Positions 1 through 13,402 are shown, counted from the first letter of the stretch. The stretch: 64,000 bases of DNA from Mizuhopecten yessoensis (GCF_002113885.1 NW_018404352.1:763371-827370); one strand, 5' to 3'. Notes: a model not told the origin generated them from the letters alone. A program made the numbers and translations.

Positions 1-32
1 GGACTAATATTGTATTGACTAATTATACTTAC

Positions 33-320
33 CGATCCTATACCTTCATAAGAAAACATGATATTCGAGATGGCGATCAACACTAAACCTCGATCATCAT
101 ACACTCCCGTAAACCATGGTCTGGTATCAACGTTCGGTAAGTCTTTACACATATATTGAAACACAATTACGATGTTGATGCAGGAAACGATGTTGCCTAG
201 CGTAGAGAATGGTGCTAGAACGGTCAAGGTCGTTGTCATGCAGATCGGTATTGCCATCACGCAGAACACAACAATATAGGGGCGCAGGAACAGTTGGTTA
301 TCAATGTATAAAGGCACAAG
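33..320 (-). CDS. SLC36-like paralog 1 exon (TM4-TM6)
   Basis: 288 nt, cag/gtaagt boundaries; LVPLYIDNQ...LAPFSTLGN...DLPNVDTRPWF...FSYEGIGS. Confidence 0.9.
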
Positions 321-3300
321 CTGTAAGGATAGTAAAATATATAATAAAACTGATTCACATCTCATCTCGAAGCAAATCTGATCTCAAAGTTATTGTAGCA
401 AAACAGCAACTGAGAAGAACCCAAGACGACAGGAAAGACAAAAACATACACGGAAGAGACAACAAAGAAAACGACAGGAGCAAAGGAAGTCGCAACAAAA
501 AAGGAAAGACAACGACAGAAGCGCCGGAAGTCGCAAAACAAAAGGAAAGACAAAAACAGAAGCGCAGTCGAGACCAAAACAACAGCAAAGACAAAAACAG
601 GAACGGAGGAGACAACAAAACAAAAGAAAGACAGCGACAGGTACGAAGGAGAAAACAATACAATATGAAAAACAACAACAGGTATGGAGGAGACACCAAA
701 CCAACAAGGAAAGACAACGACTGTAACAGAAAAGACACCAAAAATAAAGGAAAGACATCGGAGGAGACACCTACACAAAACAATATGCAACTCGTCAAAA
801 CTGGAGTCGAAAACAGGTATTACACAAAAAGAATCCCAAGCATGAAACACCAACATTGCATGTTCTGTTAATTATTTCATTTGATTCACAAACAATGCTA
901 GAGATTATTCGTTTTTATCTTTAATCTATTTACAATGGCATTCCATTCATTGTGTCAACATTCTAATATGAGTGATTTCAAACGTTTTAGTTAGACTCTT
1001 TTCAGTAAACAACAGTATTTTGATGTTATGCAGTATTTTCAATATATACGTATACTAGTTATAGTCACCTGTTGCATGTAAGCGGCCGCAGTTGATATGT
1101 AGACAATACAGTAACCCACATTGGCTACGGTCAGCACTACAGCTATAACTGTCCTGCAAAGCGACGAACATGTGCACCATCCTTTAATAAATTCAACATT
1201 ACAAAGAAACACACAAATCTCGCTTGGATTGTCACGTGTGCTGATAGCAAAGCTTCATTAAGCTATTACAGTTCAGATCAAAATACTTACAAATGTACAG
1301 TACTGTTCTTGGAAAACATATAAAAGAATTAAATCTGAATTGTAAAATAATCTACTAAAAGATCAAACAAATGATTCACTGAACTGTTAAGGCGGTGTCT
1401 TCATTAATGGTGTAGCATTCATTCGAGGAGCAGATGGTGTCGTTTAAAAAAGAACGCTTTCCTGGTCTCAAATTCAGGAACGTAAGCTTTTTGCCTGTGT
1501 ATGATATCAAACATCAGTCAGGGAACCGTCAACAACAGTGTCTTTATAGGGAATAAGTCAGGTATCAATTCTGTAACCTAAGTAACATAAACAAGTAACA
1601 TTATAAAACTAGTCCATCAGAAATCCCCACAGAGAGAGAATGGAATAAAATCGGAGAGGAGGCCACGTATTATTAAGTCACAAGTCATATTCACATATAA
1701 GGAGATACGACTAGCTATCGATAAATGTACATATATATCAATGTTTATAAAATGAAATATTTATATGCATATAAAATTCATGTCATTAACGTTTGAAATC
1801 CAAACCAATCAATACATACTTTGCCGTTTTAGCGAAGTTTCGTGAGCACTGAGGGCCGATAGACATCGCGTATTCAAACAGATCAACATAGTCAAGAGCT
1901 GGTAAATTATATCTGAAGAAAACAAAATCAAATATAAGAATGTTTCAAAATCTCAAATATGGGACACATGAAAAATAATCCATTGTTTCAAAATATTCTG
2001 TATTCACTGCATTTTGTATAATTCCTTTCACATATATTTAGTCCTACATTTATATTAATCATTGATCTCTCGGAGATGACAGCATGTTGAATTTTGAATT
2101 TTTATTTAATACCACACTTGCAGTAGTCAAGGAAACCCCTTAGGTCATGCGGAATGTTACTTTCAATATTAAATATTAGGAACAGATTATTTCCGAAAGA
2201 AAACAAGGATATAAAAAATAGAACAAATGTCACTCGAAGTCCCAATATATCGGCCTCCTGGCCTTCTTCAAGGGCGAAAGTCAACAGTTGTTTCAAGTAA
2301 CGTCCATCTTGCTTATTATAAGGTACCGGACGGCATGCTTTTATGACAAATATACATACTTTGCAGTTGTGTTAAATACAAATTATAAAGACATATTGTA
2401 TGATTTATGACTTTCCGAAATATTAACAAGAGTTGTTCTGATATTGTTTAAGTATATAAATCTTAACTCTGTGAATGTCTGTGTAGTTTTCAGGTCTCTA
2501 TAGTCAAAGTAGCTAAATTCTTCAAGAAGTATAACACTGCTGCACTGAACGAGCAATCTTAACGTCGTCTTTATGCGTTTATTCTGGTCTCGTCGGAATT
2601 AGCAGCTGAACATTTATACAGTAGAGGTACCATTTATATATTTTACGCTTTTAAAAATTTCCTATCGATTACCATGTAACGTACCAGAATGGCATATACA
2701 CACTTGTTAACAAATAGGTCAGAATGCTTGATCTGAATATATAAACATGATATACACACAGGTAAAATTGGCATAAAGCAAGCTCCGAGATGGAAAAAAT
2801 ATGTTTAAATAAACTGATATTTGCTTTAACAAATAACACGTTAATTGCTAATAATACTAAAAGATTCATTATGAACTTTATGTACCTTACACATTGTTTA
2901 ATTGTTCCCACACTGAAAACAACATACACAATCTAGAATTTAGTTGACGAATATGTTGTTGTTTTTATGAGAAAAGCTATCGACTTATTTTGTGACAATT
3001 ACATATCACTTTATACCATGTACCTTAATCATCCATAAATTCAGCTACGACGGTACTTCAATACATAACATGATTTACGTAACAAAGAAGCATACCACTC
3101 CTTTTTCATGTGAATACACTGCCACTTAATTCGTCCGTAGACAACGGGTTACGATGTTGTCAACGTCATATTTCTGTGACGTTGATATTTTATTCTAGCC
3201 GTGACACAAGAATTTCACAATAAAATATAACTATACATATATTATTGTGTTAACGTGTTAGATCTACATAAAAGCTCTGTATGTAAACAACCGGACCTAT

Positions 3301-6300
3301 GGTAGAAGATCTGGTTCGCACATGGCTTAGCGAAAGATATCATTCTGGGGTGTCTGTATTTACAGTACCGTTTACACATCGTCTGGGAGCAGTTTATCAA
3401 CGTGAGAATGTTGAAGCTTGCCATCCATCCCATTGCCATGATCCCAATGGCGCCCGACTATAAAAACATACAGGATTGGAAAACGAATTAGCTTTGTTAT
3501 GTCATATACACATATGATATAAATGAAAGTATCATGATTGGTGAAGCATGTAAATTACAACTACTGACGTCTTCGATGGTAATTAAAAAACTACTAATCA
3601 AACTGGCCTTACATCTACGATAATGTAGAACAGTATTTCCAAACACCAAGTGCTTCATATCAGGCTTCATGAAAGCCTGCAATCTGCATTTTGTACAGTT
3701 TAACCTTAATAACGGCATTACTATGACGTTGGAGAACAATTTCAGTTCAAATGTTCCTGCCTGTATCCGTCGCCTTTGACATTATTGATCAGGTAATCAT
3801 GACATTTTATGCTATTTTGTAAAGTAACTTTATAGAATAACAGTTACAAGTGATAGAAGATAATGTGTGCTACATATGGAACCATCATTTCAGATGATAA
3901 TATTGCAGGGGGCGGAGCTAGGACCATGCCAAATACCCAAAATGCCTATGTCCTAAGCCAATCTGTACGTACCACATTCATGCAGATATATTTACATTTG
4001 TGCTGCAACCCACTTTATGAACATAACCAGCAGAAAGGCATTTCATATGAGAATGAAAGCAAAAACTATCGTGACGTAACATGTGGTTTACTTAGGATGT
4101 CATCGATTAACCTTGTTCAATGAGAGTCCTGTCGCTTCGCTTCGGATAACAGTGAGAATGCCCCTTGCGTCAAACGCTCAAATGACTACTGTTAATTAAT
4201 GGCGTCAATTCTATTTACATCGGTCTGTTTTGCCAATTTCGTTTAAAGGACGACGCATATATACAAAACGCAGTAAATAAATGCATGATTATTGAAGAAC
4301 AAGTAAAAAGAATTAAACAATTATTCTATACTAAAACAAAAAAAGATGAATTGAACGGCGTTTATAAGATTTTCATGCCGGTATGAAAATAAACACATGC
4401 CTTTCAATCCCTATGTACACCAAAAATGTCTACCGGTACCTAGAGAAACTCCAGAGGCAACATTTGCATTGTGTAATGATCTCTCATTTTGAGTCAAGTT
4501 ATTTGAAGAAGCTTTGCATTTTACAATACGCTTTATGAAATTTACATTCAGCCTGTATGTGTTTTAATGTTCTTAATTATATAAACAGTGTTTCATTATG
4601 CTTATGTACTTCTTGGTAACGATCAGAACTGGTGCACCAGTTGACGTGATGAGCTAGTATGAAACACTCACTTGTTTAGGTTTCACTTCTCCATAGATTT
4701 TTTTAAACGTTTTTACCATAAACGGTATTCGTTAAATATTGTTTTAATGACGGAGTCATTCACGGCTACTAGTTCTGCTTTGTTATAAACTGGAACCAAG
4801 TGAGGATAGTTGCTTTACAGACAAATCCGTTGAAAAGGATATGCTGTTTGTTGCTAAAGGTGTGTAGTACATATGTAAGTATGTTATATTGGAAGAACTA
4901 TCAAATGCGTATTTGTAATATATTGTAGGTTAACAGTCTGTACCTGATAATTTGACAACATATGGGTATTTCGGTAAGTAACAAAGATATCAGGTATCAT
5001 CTATATATATACACACACGTAAAACTAATAAACTTCAACCTTTCATTGAATTGGTCATTTGGCAACAGATGTCAAATTTGTATTTCATATGTAAATACCA
5101 AGCCGAAAGCTATGTGGATTGAACGGATTATATCACGAGCTCTACCGCCTACTGGTGTTATATATGATTTTTTTCATATTTTTACATGAATTTTTGCTAT
5201 TGATAAATACTTTCCGTCTTTAAATACAAGAACCTGTTGTATACGATATCTGCATAAAATTCGAAGGTAACTGTAAAAAACATACCCATAGTCCAACAAG
5301 CTTTACTGCGTATGGCATGACAAGGAAACCAGAGCCTACAAATCCTCTTAGAAAATGCATAAACCCCACAAAGTCTCTGCAAAAAAAATGTTATGAAAAT
5401 AATCATTACAAATGCAAAGGAAGGTTTGTCGATTCGTTCAATTAAGACTCAACAATGGTACTTAAGGTCAAACGAACGAAAATCCATGTCTTAAGTGTTC
5501 CGAACGTATGTTGTGGTTCAGCGAATGAACTACTAGCATACTGTATAACATGAAATTTCCCCCTGTCAAACTGTCGGGGAATGATGCATATTTGCCTATT
5601 TTTATTTTCGCCCTCACATTTAATTACTTTGCATATTATGTTGTTAACTAATGTTCGCTGTAGTGATTAATTCACTTTATATTTCAGCGGGCGAAAAGTG
5701 CGAAAATTTAACCGTCGCGAAAATTCCCTGTGTACAGTACTTGTAAATCTTTGTGTTATTTTATTGTGTTGGTTCATAATCTTACGTATGCGTACATAAC
5801 GTATATATATTTCATATGACTCTTTATATCTACTCCATCAATGTGTAATGAAATCAAACAGCGCCTAACGATAGTGATGTTACGAGGACATAGAAATTAA
5901 ACTGGTACGTATAATTCGGAAACGTATCAATGCATTGTTGTGATGCGCAAAGACTTCAAAATTACTTTAAAATGATACTCTATTGAAGAAAACATTAGCT
6001 TCAATCCTGGTATTACAGGCGTTCTCATAATTTAGTTGCCTTAATGAATGAAAAATATATAATTCCAACAAAAACAAGAGGTCCAATGGGCCTGCATCGC
6101 TTACCTGGTATTAATCTCACAATTGTAACCTTAAAAGTGGAATAAAATAAAGCTACAGGCAAAATATCAGTAACTTAACTTAAAGTCATCCAGAAGAACC
6201 TGTTAAACAATTAAAACACATTTGACCCCTGTGACCTTGAAAGTCAAACATGGACAAACTTCATAGTCCTTCCTCCTAGAATGCCACTTGCCAAATATCA

Positions 6301-7771
6301 CCACCTTATACCTTTTGTTTATTGAGAAGACAATTTTTCAAGATGTATCCACTATGGACCAGATGTGACCATGAAAGTGTACCAAGGTCATTCACAGCAA
6401 AAAACAATCACCCTGTATGCTTTAGTTATTCTGAAGAAGTGGTTTAAAGATTTCAACATATTTGACCCTTGTGATCTTGAATATGGGCACTGTAATTCAT
6501 TTAAACAAACTTCGTAGCCCTTCATGCCAACATCCTTCTGGCCAAATATCATCACCCTGCATGGACCTTTTGGTTATACAGAAGAAGTCGTTTAAAGGTT
6601 TTTAAGACAATTGACCCCTTTGAATATGAGTGAAGGTCATTTGTTTGAACAACTTGGTAGTCCTTCATCCCTGTATGCTACTGACCAAATATCATCACCC
6701 TGGACCTTTAGGTTTTACAAAAGGAGTTGTTTTAAGGTTTTAAACATATTTCACCATTGTGACCTTGAATATTTATCAAGGTAATTCATTTGAACAAACT
6801 TGGTAACCCTTCATCCCTGCATGTTACTGGCAAAATATCATCACCCAATGCCTCTTGGTTATTCAGAAGAAATTGTTTACATGTTTTAAACATATTTGAC
6901 CCCTGTAACCTCGAATATAGGTCAAGGTCATTTATTTGAATAAACTTGGTAGCCCTTCATCCCAGCATGTTACTGGCCAAATGTAAGCACACTAGGCCTC
7001 TTGGTTGTTCAGAAGAAGTTGTGTGAAGGTTTTAAACATATTTGACCCCTGTGATCTAGAATATAAATCAAGGTCATTTGTTTGAACAAACTGTGTAGCC
7101 CTTCATCCAAGCATGTTACTGGCCAAATATCACCCTATGCCTCTTGGTTATTCAGAAGAAGTTGTTGAAAGGTTTTAAACATACTTGACCCCTGTGACCT
7201 AGAATATAAGTCAGGGTCATGTATTTGAACAAACTTCGGGCCAGGTGAGCTAATAAAACAAAGGAATACCTTTTACACTCACAGTATAATAACTATATAA
7301 GAAAGTATGGTTAGTTGATTCTATGATTGTCTGATGTATTTCTTGCCCAGAAATATACGAGGAGATGACTGTATTCTTTTTCTGGAAATCATGGTGACGT
7401 TTTGTAACGTGCAGGCGGTCACCCATCCAGCTACCGACCACGCTCGACGTTGCTGAACTAGTGAGCGGGTCCCCGGGTTATACCGCATAGCTGGAAAAGT
7501 TAGTTTGCCAGTAGGTCAGTACTTTCCTCAAAAATTCCTTAGCTGTTTCAGGGTTTTTTGTGTCTGATGAATTTTATACTCACGATATCTGGTCTTTGGT
7601 ATATGATTCAGAGAGTGCTAAACAACCATCCTTGCTTTCGGGTCCCGCGGGAGGTAGCGCGGGTTTACCATTACAGTGTGTAATAGGTGGTTTCCCGTCC
7701 AGATAAAGTTCTGTTGACTCTGATTTGGTGCCATAACCAGTCCTATTAGACACCAACGTTTGAAGTTCCAT
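33..7771 (-). CDS. SLC36/PAT-like amino acid transporter, paralog 1 (5' six coding exons; 3' exons beyond left edge)
   Basis: Exons 7771-7584, 5376-5286, 3457-3369, 1912-1820, 1153-1069 and 320-33 all have AG/GT boundaries and join in frame (278 codons). Motifs MHFLRGFVGSGFLVMPYAVK (TM1), VGYCIVYI (TM3), LAPFSTLGN and FSYEGIG (TM6) are typical of the Aa_trans/SLC36 family. Confidence 0.88.
385..790. repeat. A/G-rich low-complexity degenerate tandem repeat in intron
   Basis: Recurrent aaaacag...ggaggagacaacaaa-like units; explains the overlapping stop-free ORFs on both strands. Confidence 0.7.
1069..1153 (-). CDS. SLC36-like paralog 1 exon (TM3)
   Basis: 85 nt, same length as the paralog 2 exon; TVIAVVLTVANVGYCIVYISTAAAYMQQ. 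Confidence 0.85.
1820..1912 (-). CDS. SLC36-like paralog 1 exon (TM2-TM3 loop)
   Basis: 93 nt, same length as in paralog 2; YNLPALDYVDLFEYAMSIGPQCSRNFAKTA. Confidence 0.85.
3369..3457 (-). CDS. SLC36-like paralog 1 exon (TM2)
   Basis: 89 nt, same length as in paralog 2; SGAIGIMAMGWMASFNILTLINCSQTMCK. Confidence 0.85.
5286..5376 (-). CDS. SLC36-like paralog 1 exon (TM1)
   Basis: 91 nt; DFVGFMHFLRGFVGSGFLVMPYAVKLVGLW. Confidence 0.88.
5539..5739. mobile_element. ~200-bp MITE (Tc1/mariner-like termini)
   Basis: TA-CTGTA...TACAG-TA termini with internal inverted tttcgccc/gggcgaaa motifs. Confidence 0.55.
6073..7253. mobile_element. HINE-like (Helentron-associated) element with internal ~140-bp satellite array
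   Basis: Starts aacaagagg..gcttacctgg and ends ccaggtgagctaa (subterminal inverted repeats); ~7 units of tttgacccctgtgaccttgaa...ggtcaaggtca...gcccttcatccc. Confidence 0.75.
7412..7460 (-). other. 5S rRNA-derived fragment (internal control region), not a full gene
   Basis: Minus strand reads agttcagcaacgtcgagcgtggtcggtagctggatgggtgaccgcctg, matching the 5S box A to box C segment; 5' and 3' parts of 5S absent. Confidence 0.7.
7584..7771 (-). CDS. SLC36-like paralog 1 first coding exon (cytosolic N-terminal tail)
   Basis: Acceptor precedes 7826; ATG at 7771 (MELQTLVS...KDQI); phase-2 gtgagt donor joins the 5376 exon in frame. Confidence 0.75.
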
Positions 7772-8094
7772 AGTATTTTTAGAAATTGTGTCACAACCCA
7801 CTAGTTCCACAACTTACAGTTCAATCCTGCAGAAAAGAAGAAAAAAAACACCAACGTTACGTTGGTGTATCTATCTCTATATTTTTGTACAATTAATCGC
7901 GAATGATGGATTTCATTTTAAGTGAAAGGGGGTGGGGCATAACATTTATTTTATTTAATCGAATATAAAAACAAAGGACAGCTTGTGAATGCACTTTTTT
8001 CATATTGCGTTAATTCTATTGGTCCTTTCCAGTGAAATATCAAAACAATATTTTATCTTTTAATATCGTGATAGGATAATCAAATAATTTACAA

Positions 8095-8660
8095 AACAAG
8101 AGGCCCAATGGGCCTGCACCGCTCACCTGGTATAAAGCTCACACTTGTAACCTTAAAAGTGATCTGAAATAAAGCTACAGGCAAAATATCAGTATTTATG
8201 ATTAAAATTCATTCAAAAGAACCTGTTATTTTTTTTTTAATATTTCACCCCAAATATTGAAAGTCAAACAAAGTCATTATGTTGAACAAATTGTATAGCC
8301 TTTCATCTCAGGTTGCAACTTGCAAAGTATCAACATCCTGGGACCCATGGTTATTCAGAAATGGTCGTTTAAAGATTTAAACAAATTTGACCCCTGTGAC
8401 CTTGAATATAACTCAAAGTCATTCACTTTAACAAACATAGTTGGCCTTGATCCCAGCATGCTACTGACTAAATATCAACATCCTGAGCCTTTTGGTTATT
8501 CATAACAAGTTCTTTAAATAGTTTGAACATATTTGCTCCTTGTGACCTTGAATATATAGAAGAAGTTGTTTAAAGTAAAATGTTGACGCCGGACGACGGA
8601 CGCCGTACGCCGCACCACGGCATAAGCTCACTTGGCACTTCGTGCCAGGTGAGCTAAAAA
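8095..8660. mobile_element. Second HINE-like copy of the same family
   Basis: Same termini as 6073-7253, ~2-3 satellite units, ggacgacggacg microsatellite and terminal hairpin gctcacttggcac-ttc-gtgccaggtgagc. Confidence 0.8.
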
Positions 8661-8813
8661 CTCAGTATCATCTAGTTCAGTTGAAACATTGAATTATTCA
8701 ACGTACAATTATTCAGCATCAGCTATAAGCACCAATTAAGGTGACGATACCACCCTCATACTTATACTCGTACATATTATACTAACAACTTGTTGAGTGA
8801 CATTTGTGTTCTA

Positions 8814-8861
<48 letters not shown>

Positions 8862-10548
8862 TGCACAGATACAGATGCAACAGTATCAAGATTTCAAAAT
8901 AACCGTGATAAATATGAAATAGCGTTATCTGCATGTCACACATGTGCAAGTTTTATCTCTAGACACGAATTCATTACATATTATAACTGTGGAAATCATA
9001 ATCAACTTTCTAACAATCATTTACATTCACTGTATCTCTTCATGTGTGCCTGTTTGTAGATTTACGTGGTATTTATCTTACCCNCACGTAAAATGCGGAA
9101 TATAGTGAATTGTTATACATGTATCAAAAGTAGAATGAGTGAATATGTAAGGGGAGCAGAACGAGAACTCCGGGAGCGGGTTTACGAAAGTGTGGCGGCA
9201 AAATTATGGATATGGCTGATGAACCAGTGGTCTGCCAATGTCTACATCAACCACTGAACGGGAAATATCGCTGTTGAAAGGACAGCAAGACATTGCGTTT
9301 ACAATCCCGTGAAGGGGCAACTCACAACGTGTAGTTGCGTTTTATAAAAACATGCTTAATTAGATGTACAACTAGAATCAAACTCTGACAGCAAATGATT
9401 GTATATCAATCAGTGAAACCATGAAGTGATATACGTATACATACATACCTGTTACATCCTGGTAAAAGTTGTTTTCAGAAACACGTATATAAGCTTGATA
9501 AACGTCTTTAAATATACGTTATGTCTGACGCAAATATATTTGTGTTTTATATATCGTATACAAAACTTAAATTTGTCTTTTTGATGTTTTGTGCAATAGT
9601 TTAGGGTATAATCTACCTACAAATTACGTATGGGCCTGCAACGGCAACAGGGCTTTGATGTGGCAAATTATCATAATATTTGATATTCTGCCATGAATAT
9701 TAAAGACCATATCTTAAATATGAAATTGAAATGCATACACAATTAGGACGGTGCGAAATCGTTAATGCTAATGACGTGTTCCGTAGCAGCGCTTATAGCT
9801 GCGACTAGCGACATTATAACCTTTATAGCGAATACCTTACTAACTGTTTTATTGAGTATTAGCAATCTACTGTAAAAGCTAGGATATAAATAGCTGTTCA
9901 CAACACTTTTTTCAAAGTTGAAATGTCTAGAAGCTGTTATACAATGATGCTGATACTATCCTTGTATGATTCCCAATTATGTTGTCATTATTTTTTACAA
10001 AACCATCCAAAATCGCATAGTCGTTATTTCGGTTGTTTGATTTTTTTTTTATCAGAGCAATGGATACCAAAATAGAAAAAATTGTTTTTCTTTTAATGTT
10101 TAAGGAAGACATTTATTCTCAAACAAAATTCATACCATGATTTATAATAACTAGGCCTACACTTGCTTAGGAATAGGTATGCGGCACCTAGCATTAACAG
10201 TTGATGTGGCTGAACAATACACATACTGACATACTGGCATACACATTGGATACAACATACTAAAGTAGCTTTCATTAAAAAGTAGCCAAATCATTACAGG
10301 TGCTAGGAACATTTCCGCAACAGATATTAATCCTGCCTTCAATTTAATCATAATATTGCGTCGTTATTTTACGAAATGTATAACATAAAAACGCGTATGA
10401 TATACATTGGTGAACACAAAAAGCCCAAACGTGAACACGTGTCGCTGTTACGTTCAACTCGGTAAATATATGTTTTATCAAAACATAGTTCATGCTTTTC
10501 TTATAACATTTCAATAAAATGTTAAAAAGGGTAAGCTATAGGATTTAC

Positions 10549-10740
10549 CTTTGCCCACATCATCTACCCAGTCTGACGCTCATTATATGGTAATGATAAG
10601 AAGGTAACTACGTATATACATAGTCGCAGTTCGGGTACAGTAGTCGGTTTAAGCCAGTGAAAGAATATGTAAATCAGCAATGACAACTTTACTAGAGCGT
10701 TAAGATGCGGCGAGGACGATAAATCTCTACACACAATGCA
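10549..10740 (-). promoter_or_regulatory. Putative non-coding first exon/promoter module of SLC36 paralog 1 (proximal copy)
   Basis: Donor-like tttacctttgcccacatc followed ~140 bp later by actagagcg...gcgaggacgat; homologous to 11373-11565 and 39030-39156. Confidence 0.45.
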
Positions 10741-11372
10741 GCCTTTGTTACAATAAAAATACAAAACTCTGTTGCCTCATAAAACTTGATACGCCATATA
10801 CCTGTTTAATGCATGCATAGACCTTTATACAAATATTAATGTGAGTTTATTTCCCTTCGTAATACTGATAATGGAAAAGAATCCAAATTATATGCAATAA
10901 ATGGTCTACTCAACTGTTTGTTGTAAACAAATGTGTTTGTATTTAAGGCATATACGACTTTTCGTTTCATGATATCTTACATTACTTATTTTATCATTAC
11001 AGTCCCTATACAGCAAGGCTTTTTAGTCATCAACCAGGCTTCAAATCAGAATACCGTACTTTTGATTCCTATGGTCAATTTGTTTTTCTTGGACACCGTA
11101 TTCATTACACCAAAACTCGATAAAATCATGACAAAACCAAAATAATAATATTATTAAATTTTGAATTCACCAAGAAACTAGAAAATCATGCCGACAAATT
11201 TATGTTTAACGGGTTAAATCTATCATAAATCAAGTTTATCAGACGAAAAAAACTACACTTTGGATGGCAGGTACAGTAGTATTGTTTGTAACCCCGACTA
11301 GTGCTTCACTGTTATCTTAAGCATAAGATTATATGTACTGCTGGAGAATATTTTAGTAGAACTGACCCTTAC

Positions 11373-11565
11373 CTTCGTCCACATCCATCGCTTAGAGTCT
11401 CAACTCATATCCAGGAGGATTGTGAAATGAAAGTTGCTGAAAGCCTGACACACAACACCGTTTGAGCGAATGGCAGAGATATGTAAAATAGCGAGAAATG
11501 TATGTATCTTGTCCACTAGAGCGCAAAGATGAAGCGAGGACGATATAATCTCATATACAATGCTA
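11373..11565 (-). promoter_or_regulatory. Putative non-coding first exon/promoter module of SLC36 paralog 1 (distal copy)
   Basis: cccttaccttcgtccac (minus-strand AAG/gtaagg donor) is identical to 39023-39039 upstream of paralog 2. Confidence 0.55.
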
Positions 11566-12189
11566 GCAGTGTTAGATAGGTGATTTATTTTTAAATATTT
11601 GCTTTTATGGCTCTTAAATCATGTTAAACACCTATACATACGTCTTAATAACATTGCCCATATTTATTATAATTATGGATGATTATTATGACAGTTACTG
11701 AAATATAATTACATCCTCCTAATATACATTTTTTTTAAACTCACACTTATAAAGATCAAACACATGGAGAGACACATAAATATCTCTATTATACTAGGTC
11801 TTATACCCTACAGAAGCACACTTTTATTTTGCACCAATAAGCTTCATAGTTGTTGATATTAGCCATCACTGAAGTATACACGAGTTTTAACTTAAGGTTA
11901 CGTAAATATTTACATATTTTATTTATATAATATCTTTCATCTATTAATAAATAATCGCGTATTGATCTTTTTCCAATACGCGAGCATTTCCACACCACAA
12001 AATTTCCACCTTTTTTTATACTACGTAGTCACATTTTATACTATTCATTGTCTTTATGTGTGTCTTTGTGTCTTTGTTCATATTTTGCCCATAGTTTGAT
12101 CGTTTTTGTTTTCGGATAACGCTTCTGACACTTTGGCATTTCCTTTTTTTTCTTTTGTATACGGTATCATACTTCCCTACTATCTGACA

Positions 12190-12405
12190 GGGGCCAATTA
12201 AAGTGGTTCAGGCGTTTGACATTCTGCTACCACTAGCCCTCCACCGCCGGGTTGTGGGTTCGGGACCTACTTGGGGGACTCGCCAGGTACTGGCCTAAGT
12301 CGGTGGTTTTTCTCCGGTTACTCCGGCTTTCCTCCACCGTCAAAACCTGGCACGTACTTACATGACCATAGCTGTTAATAGGACGTAAACCACAAACAAA
12401 CAAAC
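12190..12405 (+). mobile_element. tRNA-derived SINE with V-like core
   Basis: B-box-like gggttcggga, core ggtttttctccggttactccggctttcctccacc, and (aaac)n tail. Confidence 0.7.
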
Positions 12406-12536
12406 CCTACTGTATGACCTAGATTTTTACTCTGTTCCAGTGGCATTGTTAAGTTTTTTTTATTACCGTTGAAACTATGTCTTCGAGGAACTTAGTGACA
12501 AGATATGGTTTATCTGGCACTGAACACCATCATTAT

Positions 12537-13206
12537 TATACAATTATGGACTTTTGTGCTGGTGAATATGACGTGATATGAACCTGAAAGAGTGATATTG
12601 ACTGAGGCGAAGCCGAGGGTAATATCACTCTTTCAGGTTCATATCACATCATATTTACCAGCACAAAAGCCCATAACTGTTTTATTATATGCTTCAACAA
12701 TAAAATAAAACAAAACTAAACTAAAGGTTGTGATTTTTGTACGCGAGCCTCCGTGTAAAATTTAGCCAGGTTTGAATACAACAGTTCATCATTGTAGCTT
12801 TCGAAGGCATCGTCTGGATTCTTTATCTTAAGATAAGCATGGAGGACATGCACTGCGTGTTCAATGGCCTTTTTTACGAATAGTTTTGGTAATTTTCCTA
12901 ACGGAAGAGAAACGTTCGCCAGCAGCCATTTTCTAATGTCGTCTGACAGATCGCGTTCCAGTCTAACTGCGCATGCGCTACGACAGGTTCCGGGGAATTT
13001 CCATACAGGCTATATTAAGAAATCGATATTCACCGGATAACCAGTCTACCTGCGTTTTTGAGGGCTGGTCACATGTATAGGATCCGACCAATGTGATTGC
13101 GAGAACTGGAAATGTTCATACATATAATAATATACAATTATGGACTTTTGTGCTGGTGAATATGACGTGATATGAACCTGAAAGAGTGATATTGACTGAG
13201 GCGAAT
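12537..13206. mobile_element. Non-autonomous Crypton-like element plus head-to-tail truncated second copy
   Basis: ~60-bp-arm palindrome at 12540-12680 centred on gaggcgaagccgag; the element start is repeated exactly at 13131-13205. Confidence 0.6.
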
Positions 13207-13402
13207 AAATACTTGACAGCCATATCTGCCGTTCATTTCCCAAATTAGTGATAAGTCTTACCCACTAAGATATATCCGCAATGTATGTAATTTATTTCCT
13301 TAAAAGATGATTCACTTAAGCATTGCAAAATTATACAAATTAAAGAAAATACTCCATTAATTATTGCGTTCTGTATCAATATACAAAATAAAATATAAAG
13401 TA

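Noticed and set aside
209-871. 220-aa K/R/N-rich ORF and three overlapping hydrophobic antisense ORFs
   Set aside because: Products of a low-complexity intronic repeat; the region overlaps a real minus-strand SLC36 exon (33-320)
7412-7460. Functional 5S rRNA gene
   Set aside because: Only ~50 nt match; termini are missing
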